Shown piece after piece: positions 54,052-64,000 of a stretch of DNA of 64,000 bases (positions within the stretch are counted from its first letter, which is position 1; each line of letters opens with the position of its first letter). The DNA is from Eledone cirrhosa (taxonomy: Eukaryota): NCBI GenBank assembly GCA_964016885.1, contig OZ024747.1, positions 12,214,001 through 12,278,000 of the forward strand, written 5' to 3'. The notes beneath the pieces were generated by a model. It saw only the letters and a program-made list of their open reading frames with translations, did not search any database and had not been told where the DNA came from. A program made the translations under genes and the position numbers.

Positions 54052-54925
54052 TTAATCAATCTCCCTTTTGTTAAACTGTTAAGTTAGAGGACATAAAGAC
54101 AGACATAAACATTATGTATCTTTACACACAAGTAACAAGCTATTTAACTCTTAAGGATTTAGTAGAAAATATAAAAAAAAAACAAAGGTTAATTCAAATG
54201 TTTATAGTATTTTTTGCTAGTGGACAGATCATTGTGAAAATTTGCAATATTGGAGTAAAGACTCTTTATTTTTAATGTGATGTAAATGATAGTGTGGCTT
54301 CATTTGTACTTTACAATAGGTTGATAATGTGATTTCATGCAGTACAGGACATTAAAAGTTAAGTGATAAGCAATAAGCTAGCCAAGTAGTTCTCACAAGT
54401 AACAAGTTATAAATTAAATTAATACTTGAAGTAAATTATATATTAACCTACTACTTGAGATGAAGTTAACTGATGCCACTATCTGTACCTCTGTATTAAA
54501 ATAGAAAGGGGGGATTTCTTGTAAGCCATTAGTGGGAATAGAGAAGCACCAAAGACATAAATAGAATTAAAGAAAGAAAAAAAACAAAAAACAAATAAAC
54601 TGTAACATCTAAACCATTTTATCAGTCAATGTTGTTATCTTTTGAGAAACTACACCCAGTTAGATCGAGAACCTAAATAACAAATGACATCAGAAAATAA
54701 CTCAACTCAATTTCGATTTGATCTCAAGAGATTTCATGGAGCTTACTTTTTACAGTGTATTTTTTAAATATTTTAAAATATTTTTTGTATTATCTACCCA
54801 TCGTACTCATTTATCATAAGAACACAAACCAACCATGTTTTCCCTTCAGCTCTACCAACAATGGACTTTTCACAGCAAGGCAAAGGGAGAAGGAAGATAT
54901 ATTATTTTACACTCATGAGGGATTA

Positions 54926-55093
54926 CCATATTTCCCAGCATCGAAGACGCTACTTTTTTCCTAAAATAAGTCTCAAAAATCTACCATGCGTCCTGGGGGC
55001 CGAAGGTTGTGTATTGTTTTCTTTCAAATCTTTGGTTGTCAAAATTAGGATGTGTCCTCGAGGACGAAGCGCCTTCGATGCCGGGAAATACGG
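54926..55093. mobile_element. Tc1/mariner-pogo-type MITE
   Basis: TA TSDs; 25-bp TIR CCRTATTTCCCRGCATCGAAGRCGC, 22 of 25 matching. Confidence 0.85.
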
Positions 55094-55799
55094 TAATATA
55101 GATTTTATTCACCCATTAGTGTTTAGAAAGATCTAAATAAAAACAATTTCTACAAAGTAATATAGGCTAGATAAAGCACAGTGAGATATGTAGCTAAAAT
55201 TGTTTTAGGAAAACCAGTATTTAATTAGTTGCATTGTCTTTCGACCAGGATGGATTGAACCAGCTCCAACCAGTGCATCCAGAATATCTTAAATAAAAGC
55301 CGTCCATGGACAGCAATTACAAATGTCTGATGCAGATAACATCAGTCAGTCGTGCCACCAATGGTGGACACCATGACACCATATACGTGAGGCTCAACAT
55401 CTAAGTTGTACAATGCAAGGTAGAAGTAAAGGAGTTACAAGACAAAGCAAAACAACAAGTTATCTAATAATTAATGATATTTCAGGGTTAATAAAACTTT
55501 TTCAAAATAAAAAAGGAATGCGATGATGAGTGGTGAGCTGAGCTCTTGCGTTACTCTTATTTTCACTCCTTTATTTCTAACTTGCATTGTACAGGCTTCC
55601 CTAAAACAATGTTAACACTTGATACCAAACTATCTCTAGTTATATGATAATGAGTTGTTTACTTTAAGTCCTTATTATATTCATCTTAAAAGCTTCTGTC
55701 ATAGTTCCATGTAAGAACCTTTGTTAAGTAATGCTCTAAATAGCAGTTTAATAATGAGAATATTAGTGAAATTACTAAATCCATAAAAATTCTCAATTA

Positions 55800-55993
55800 C
55801 ATATATATATACTCAAATATAAGCCAAGGAATGTGTTAAATATAATTGATGGTAGAAGGCGCGGTCGGCTTATATTTGGCTCAATATTTTGACGATTTTC
55901 ACCAACTTCAAATTCTACATAAATAAAGTTTGGATTCTTCCCCATTTCTCAGACATAAAATAGTGGAGCTGGCTTATATTTGAGTATATATGA
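55800..55993. mobile_element. Tc1/mariner-pogo-type MITE, second family
   Basis: TIR ATATATACTCAAATATAAGCC / GGCTTATATTTGAGTATATAT with TA flanks. Confidence 0.72.
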
Positions 55994-56839
55994 TATTTGA
56001 GAATAAAAAGCAGAAATATGGTAAAGAAATGGTTAACTAAATAATTTCTAATTTCGACAGCCCCAAAAGTGTTGATGGAAGGGTAGAAGGGTATCACCAC
56101 TTAGCATTTGATGGTGTATTAGTGAACTGTGTTGAAAGGTGAACATTTGATAACCAGTTGAATGTTATTTTGTGGTGAGCAGGGGATATGATCTAGAATG
56201 CCTGTAACAGCTGCTCTATTCCAAACATGAGCTATATACTGTAACATGGATGCACTTTTCTCTCATATGTTTAGCAGCTGTTGGAAACTAAAGTAGTTTC
56301 AGGCCTTGAAAACAAAATCTAATCTTTGAAATTTTTATTAGTTGACACAAATCCATCAATATTGATAATTTACTCATGAAAGGACCTCAGGGTTTAACAA
56401 GAAATAAGAGACATTAACCCTTCAGATACCAAAACCATTAAAATAATCAATGGTTCTATGATACAAAGCTGTTTGTTTTAAAGTATTCGTATTTAAATTT
56501 AAACCTTTCATTATAATTTTATGTAAGAATTTTGTTTACTTTTTTTCAATACCATATTTTCTAATGAAAGACATTTTTGAAAATAAAGAATTTGGAGGGA
56601 CTTGATAACTTGTTTTTTTTCTACTTTTGGCACAAGGCCAGCAATTACCCAGTGCATTACTGGTACTTTATTTTATCGACCCCATAAGGATGAAAGGCAA
56701 AGTTAAAATAATATAATTAACTTTCTCATTATTAAGTTGGTGTCAATAACAAAGGTTCTTACATAAAATGTAAACACTTAAAAATGAACATCTTTGTAGC
56801 ATAAAACAAGGGGCAAGCAGTTTCAAGCAATTTGGTACC

Positions 56840-57090
56840 AATATTTCAGCTAACTGGTAACTTAACAGTAACACATCTCAATATTTCAGCTACCTGGTAC
56901 CTCAGTAGTACTAGTACCACATCTCAATATTTCAGCTACCTGGTACCTCAGTAGTACTAGTACCACACCTCAATATTTCAGCTACCTGGTACCTCAGTAG
57001 TACTAGTACCACATCTCAATATTTCAGCTACCTGGCACCTCAGTAGTACTAGTACCACACCTCAATATTTCAGCTACCTGGTACTTCAAT
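56840..57090. repeat. 46-bp minisatellite, ~5 units
   Basis: Unit CAATATTTCAGCTACCTGGTACCTCAGTAGTACTAGTACCACAYCT. Confidence 0.9.
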
Positions 57091-58535
57091 AATACTACAC
57101 CTCAACAGTACCACACTTAAATAAATGACCTATCATTTATGATAACTCATTGTTATTTTAGATAAATTTAAAATATTTGAAACAGTTTTATATAAAAGAC
57201 CACAGAGCAGTTTCAGGCAGTTTGGTATGAAAAAGGTTAACTTAACTAAACAAAAAAATACAGGTTTGTATTTTATACAGAGCTGAACATGATGCACATC
57301 TAAAAGTGTTATGTTACAGTATAAGAGGAAACTTTTGTTCTTTGGACTAAAACATGACAGGTGAACAAATAGACAGGTAAAAAAAAAAATTAAAAAATCT
57401 TGTGTGTGGTGTGTTTTAGAGAGAGAGAGGAGGTAAGGGGGGCACTGACTGTGTGTGCATGTGTGTGTGTTTTAACAAGTTTTAAATTTTAATTTCAGGC
57501 CAAATTGTTTCTAAGATTAGATTCTGAATTTAATCTAGACATGGATTAAAAATAACAGGTTTGCACAAGTAGAAGAAATGAAACTAATGCAACTGTTGCA
57601 GTTACTACTGCTACTACAACTGTGGCAACTACTGCTGCTACTACTACAACTACTATTACCACTGTTGTAGCTTGCAATAGAGTAGACTGCACTAAAGACA
57701 CCCAAAAACCAGGTGATGTTAAAAATGGGCAACAAACAAAAGCAAAATCTGCCACAGAACAAATAAATGCCACAGGTCATCTCGACCAACAAACTCATCA
57801 GCCCGCTGTACTTGACTAGTATTATATAAACTCACCAGCCACTGTAGTTATAGGTATTGTACTAACTCATCAGCCACTGTAGCTACTGGTATTGGAACAA
57901 GAATCAGAAGGAGAATGACAAGCAAAGATAAAGTTGCCTTTGGCAGGATTTGAACTCAGGACATAAAAGAGACAGAATGTATGCTTCAATGCCATAACAA
58001 TTCAGCTAAATTTCCTGAGGGAGATTTGGCAGCTATTTCCACAAAGCCCATGTTTTAGCACAAAATGGTAGAGTCGTTAAGGCATCAGATTAAATGTGAT
58101 AGCAATTGCTCCTGAGCACTACACTGAGTTCTAGAATACAAAGCCTTTTATTTTAAAATGTTTAGATACATTTAAAAACACTTCCATCATAATTATATGT
58201 AACAATCTTTGTTAAGTTATACTTCAAACACTAGTTTAATAATGAGAAAGTCAGTTATATTAATAAACCTTGTTACAAATTCTTAATTGTTTTCAAAACC
58301 ACAGGCAGTTTCTTTCATGAGAAATATGGTAATGAAAGAGTTAAAGAGAGGTTGTTATTTTAACTCAATGGGCTTAAATAAAGAAACAAACAAAAAGGAA
58401 ACATAGAAAACTATTATCAGAAAACTAGGCTTTGACCCTTTTATAGCAAAGATCAAAGACTGTCTCAGAAGTAAGGAAATGACAGTTTAAATGCCAACTT
58501 TGGTCTGTAAAGTAGCAACTCATGGTTCTCTCTAT

Positions 58536-61500
58536 AGGGTGGGAGAGTATAATACCACCTAGAAAGAGGGTGGGAGAGTATAATACCACCCTAGAAAGAG
58601 GGTAGGAGAGTATAATACCGCCCTAGAAAAAGGGTAGGAGAGTATAATACCGCCCTAGAAAGAGGGTAAGAGAGTATAATACCGCCCTAGAAAGAGGGTG
58701 GGAGAGTATAATACCGCCCTAGAAAAAGGGTAGGAGAGTATAATACCGCCCTAGAAAGAGGGTAAGAGAGTATAATACCGCCCTAGAAAAAGGGTAGGAG
58801 AGTATAATACCGCCCTAGAAAGAGGGTAAGAGAGTATAATACCGCCCTAGAAAAAGGGTAGGAGAGTATAATACCGCCATAGAAAGAGGGTAGGAGAGTA
58901 TAATACCACCCTAGAAAGAGGGTGGGAGAGTATAATACCGCCCTAGAAAAAGGGTAGGAGAGTATAATACCACCCTAGAAAGAGGGTGGGAGAGTATAAT
59001 ACCACCCTAGAAAAAGGGTAGGAGAGTATAATACCACCCTAGAAAGAGGGTGGGAGAGTATAATACCACCCTAGAAAAAGGGTAGGAGAGTATAATACCA
59101 CCCTAGAAAGAGGGTAGGAGAGTATAATACCACCCTAGAAAGAGGGTAGGAGAGTATAATACCGCCCTAGAAAGAGGGTAGGAGAGTATAATACCACCCT
59201 AGAAAGAGGGTAGGAGAGTATAATACCGCCCTAGAAAGAGGGTAGGAGAGTATAATACCGCCCTAGAAAGAGGGTAAGAGAGTTTAATACCACCCTAGAA
59301 AGATGGTGGGAGAGTATAATACCACCCTAGAAAGAGAGTGGGAGAGTATAATACCGCCCTAGAAAGAGGGTAGGAGAGTATAATACCGCGGTAGAAATAG
59401 GGTAGGAGAGTATAATACCGCCCTAGAAAGAGGGTAAGAGAGTTTAATACCGCGGTAGAAATAGGGTAGGAGAGTATAATACCGCCCTAGAAAGAGGGTA
59501 GGAGAGTATAATACCGCCATAGAAAGAGGGTAGGAGAGTATAATACCGCCCTAGAAAAAGGGTAGGAGAGTATAATACCGCCCTAGAAAAAGGGTAGGAG
59601 AGTATAATACCGCCCTAGAAAGAGGGTAAGAGAGTTTAATACCGCCCTAGAAAGAGGGTAAGAGAGTTTAATACCGCCCTAGAAAGAGGGTAAGAGAGTT
59701 TAATACCGCCATAGAAAGAGGGTAGGAGAGTATAATACCGCCCTAGAAAGAGGGTAAGAGAGTATAATACCGCCCTAGAAAAAGGGTAGGAGAGTATAAT
59801 ACTGCCCTAGAAAGAGGGTAGGAGAGTATAATACCACCCTAGAAAGAGGGTAAGAGAGTTTAATACCGCCCTAGAAAGAGGGTAAGAGAGTTTAATACCG
59901 CCATAGAAAGAGGGTAGGAGAGTATAATACCGCCCTAGAAAGAGGGTGGGAGAGTTTAATACCGCCATAGAAAGAGGGTAGGAGAGTATAATACCGCCCT
60001 AGAAAGAGGGTGGGAGAGTTTAATACCGCCCTAGAAAGAGGGTAAGAGAGTTTAATACCGCCATAGAAAGAGGGTAGGAGAGTATAATACCGCCCTAGAA
60101 AGAGGGTGGGAGAGTATAATACCACCCTAGAAAGAGGGTGGGAGAGTTTAATACCGCCCTAGAAAGAGGGTAGGAGAGTATAATACCGCCGTAGAAAGAG
60201 GGTAGGAGAGTATAATACCGCCGTAGAAAGAGGGTAGGAGAGTATAATACCGCCGTAGAAAGAGGGTAAGAGAGTTTAATACCGCCCTAGAAAGAGGGTG
60301 GGAGAGTATAATACCGCCCTAGAAAGAGGGTGGGAGAGTTTAATACCACCCTAGAAAGAGGGTAAGAGAGTTTAATACCGCCCTAGAAAGAGGGTGGGAG
60401 AGTATAATACCGCCCTAGAAAGAGGGTGGGAGAGTTTAATACCGCCCTAGAAAGAGGGTAAGAGAGTTTAATACCGCCCTAGAAAGAGGGTGGGAGAGTA
60501 TAATACCGCCCTAGAAAGAGGGTGGGAGAGTATAATACCACCCTAGAAAGAGGGTGGGAGAGTATAATACCGCCCTAGAAAGAGGGTAAGAGAGTTTAAT
60601 ACCACCCTAGAAAGAGGGTAAGAGAGTTTAATACCGCCCTAGAAAGAGGGTAAGAGAGTTTAATACCGCCCTAGAAAGAGGGTGGGAGAGTATAATACCG
60701 CCCTAGAAAGAGGGTAGGAGAGTATAATACCGCCCTAGAAAGAGGGTAGGAGAGTATAATACCGCCGTAGAAAGAGGGTAGGAGAGTATAATACCGCCCT
60801 AGAAAGAGGGTAGGAGAGTATAATACCGCCGTAGAAAGAGGGTAGGAGAGTATAATACCGCCGTAGAAAGAGGGTAGGAGAGTATAATACCGCCCTAGAA
60901 AGAGGGTAGGAGAGTATAATACCGCCCTAGAAAGAGGGTAGGAGAGTATAATACCGCCCTAGAAAGAGGGTAGGAGAGTATAATACCGCCCTAGAAAGAG
61001 AGTAAGAGAGTATAATACTGCCCTAGAAAGAGGGTAGGAGAGTATAATACCGCCCTAGAAAGAGGGTAGGAGAGTATAATACCGCCCTAGAAAGAGGGTA
61101 GGAGAGTATAATACCGCCGTAGAAAGAGGGTAGGAGAGTATAATACCGCCGTAGAAAGAGGGTAGGAGAGTATAATACCGCCGTAGAAAGAGGGTAGGAG
61201 AGTATAATACCGCCCTAGAAAGAGGGTAAGAGAGTATAATACTGCCCTAGAAAGAGGGTAGGAGAGTATAATACCGCCGTAGAAAGAGGGTAGGAGAGTA
61301 TAATACCGCCCTAGAAAGAGGGTAAGAGAGTATAATACTGCCCTAGAAAGAGGGTAGGAGAATATAATACCGCCCTAGAAAGAGGGTAAGAGAGTATAAT
61401 ACTGCCCTAGAAAGAGGGTAGGAGAGTATAATACCGCCCTAGAAAGAGGGTAAGAGAGTATAATACCGCCATAGAAAGAGGGTAGGAGAGTATAATACCG

Positions 61501-62686
61501 CCCTAGAAAGAGGGTAGGAGAGTATAATACCACCCTAGAAAGAGGGTAGGAGAGTATAATACCACCCTAGAAAGAGGGTAGGAGAGTATAATACCGCCAT
61601 AGAAAGAGGGTAGGAGAGTATAATACCACCCTAGAAAGAGGGTAGGAGAGTATAATACTGCCCTAGAAAGAGGGTAGGAGAGTATAATACCGCCCTAGAA
61701 AGAGGGTAGGAGAGTATAATACCGCCCTAGAAAGAGGGTAAGAGAGTATAATACCGCCATAGAAAGAGGGTAGGAGAGTATAATACCACCCTAGAAAGAG
61801 GGTAGGAGAGTATAATACTGCCCTAGAAAGAGGGTAGGAGAGTATAATACCGCCCTAGAAAGAGGGTAGGAGAGTATAATACCACCCTAGAAAGAGGGTA
61901 GGAGAGTATAATACCGCCTAGAAAGAGGGTAGGAGAGTATAATACCGCCCTAGAAAGAGGGTAGGAGAGTATAATACCGCCCTAGAAAGAGGGTAGGAGA
62001 GTATAATACTGCCCTAGAAAGAGGGTAGGAGAGTATAATACTGCCCTAGAAAGAGGGTAGGAGAGTATAATACTGCCCTAGAAAGAGGGTAGGAGAGTAT
62101 AATACCACCCTAGAAAGAGGGTAGAAGAGTATAATACCACCCTAGAAAGAGGGTAGGAGAGTATAATACCACCCTAGAAAGAGGGTAGGAGAGTATAATA
62201 CCGCCTAGAAAGAGGGTAGGAGAGTATAATACTGCCCTAGAAAGAGGGTAGGAGAGTATAATACCGCCCTAGAAAAAGGGTAAGAGAGTATAATACCACC
62301 TAGAAAGAGGGTAGCAGAGTATAATACCACCCTAGAAAGAGGGTAGGAGAGTATAATACCGCCTAGAAAGAGGGTAGGAGAGTATAATACTGCCCTAGAA
62401 AGAGGGTAAGAGAGTATAATACCGCCCTAGAAAAAGGGTAAGAGAGTATAATACCACCCTAGAAAGAGGGTAGGAGAGTATAATACCGCCTAGAAAGAGG
62501 GTAGGAGAGTATAATACCACCCTAGAAAGAGGGTAAGAGAGCATAATACCGCCTAGAAAGAGGGTAGGAGAGTGTAATACCGCCTAGAAAGAGGGTAGGA
62601 GAGTATAATACCGCCTAGAAAGAGGGTAGGAGAGTATAATACCGCCTAGAAAGAGGGTAGGAGAGCATACTACCACCCTAGAAAGA
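58536..62686. repeat. 32-bp minisatellite, ~4.15 kb (~130 units)
   Basis: Unit AGGGTRGGAGAGTATAATACCRCCCTAGAAAG. Confidence 0.98.
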
Positions 62687-64000
62687 TTTGAAATCAGAAC
62701 AAAGAGATTTAACTAAACATCACAAATTATTTTGTTTAGTCTTCTAGCATGATGATAATGTTTCTATGTTTAGCACAAGGCCAGCAACTTGATGGGAAGG
62801 TGAGCAGGTAGTCAATTAAATCAACCCCCAGTGCATTACTGATACTTTATTTTATCAAGCCTGGAAGAATGAAAGAGAGATAACACCATCAGGATTTGAA
62901 TTCAAAAATGTAAAGATGATAACTAAATGTCACAAGACATTTTACCTGATGCTCGACTGATTCTGCTAATCTACTACACCACCACCACAACTGCCACAGC
63001 CACCACTACCACTCCCACACCACCACCACCACCACCACCACGACTACTACCACAGATGGAACATTAAAAAGACGACAGAGTGCAATTTCAACATTTTAAA
63101 TAGAAATATTCAGTGACATAATTCAACTTTAATTTTTCTTTTTAATCTTAATAAATGGTTGGATAGACACAGCATTAAGATTTAGCTAGTCAATCAATGA
63201 AGTGTTCAATATTTTGGTTCAGTGTGGGGGGGGGGGTGTTTGTGTGTGTGTTTGTGTGTGCGTTTGTGTGCGTTTGTGTGTGCTTGTGTGTGCTTGTGTG
63301 TGTGCTTGTGTGTGTGCTTGTGTGTGCTTGTGTGTGTTTGTGTGTGTGTGTTTGTGTGTGTTTGTGTGTGTGCTTGTGTGTGAGAATGTGTACGTTTGTG
63401 TGTGAAAATGTGTGAGTTTGCGTGAGAATGTGTGAGTGTGTGTGTGAAAATGTGTGTGTGTGGATGGAGTAAGAATGTGTGTGTGGATGGGGGTGAGAAT
63501 GCATGTGTAGGTGCATGAGAATGCAGGTGTGTGATAATGTGTGTGTGATAATGTGTGTGTAAGAATGCATGTGGGTATGAGAGTGCATATGTGGGTGGGT
63601 GTGTGTGTGCATGTGAGAATGTTTGTGTATAAGAATGTGCGAGTGTGTGTAATGAGAATATATGGGTGCACGAGTTTTGGGGGTGAGAATGAGTATGAAA
63701 GATAGTGACATGTCTAAACCTTTGAATTACAGGTGCAAGTCATCTAACAAGCTTTCAAAGACTTCCAATTTATCCAATTACACTCAACAAACCTGAATTT
63801 ACCTGAGGCTATAGTAAATGAAACTTGCTCAATATGCCACACAGTGGGATTCAACCCGATACCTAATGATAGCAAAGTCTTCAATAACTCTTTTGATATC
63901 AACATAACCAAAACTGGCTCTGGTCTATTTAAGGGCTCTTATTTAATCTAACCTTTTTGTGGTCATATTTCTAATAAATTCCATTATTTCATTTTGATTG

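Noticed and set aside
58548-62640. Repeated TATAAT as bacterial -10 promoter boxes
   Set aside because: Eukaryotic minisatellite; no -35 element or downstream genes.

Overview
Eukaryotic, repeat-rich, AT-rich genomic DNA. The mix of CORE/Meta-type tRNA SINEs, an RTE LINE, TTAA MITEs and dense microsatellites suggests a coleoid cephalopod such as octopus, which is an inference. The window lies inside the 5' part of an afadin/canoe (AF-6) gene on the minus strand. Two phase-compatible coding exons (34823-34631, 186-74) encode the first Ras-association domain and are separated by a 34,444-bp intron; the first exon was not found in the window. The introns contain an intact 1022-aa RTE LINE ORF (APE endonuclease + RT, with a PHD finger inserted after the YADD motif), partner SINEs that share its 3' tail and part of its 5' UTR, many MITEs, and about 21 kb of large minisatellite arrays. 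Most striking is a near-perfect 134/135-bp inverted repeat (27056-27362) with a complete type I hammerhead ribozyme on each strand. It sits in a 3.2-kb cluster (26.9-30.1 kb) with three further minimal or degenerate hammerheads of Penelope-element type. All structures were read by eye with no folding or database search. Nearly all other ORFs in the track are repeat artefacts.
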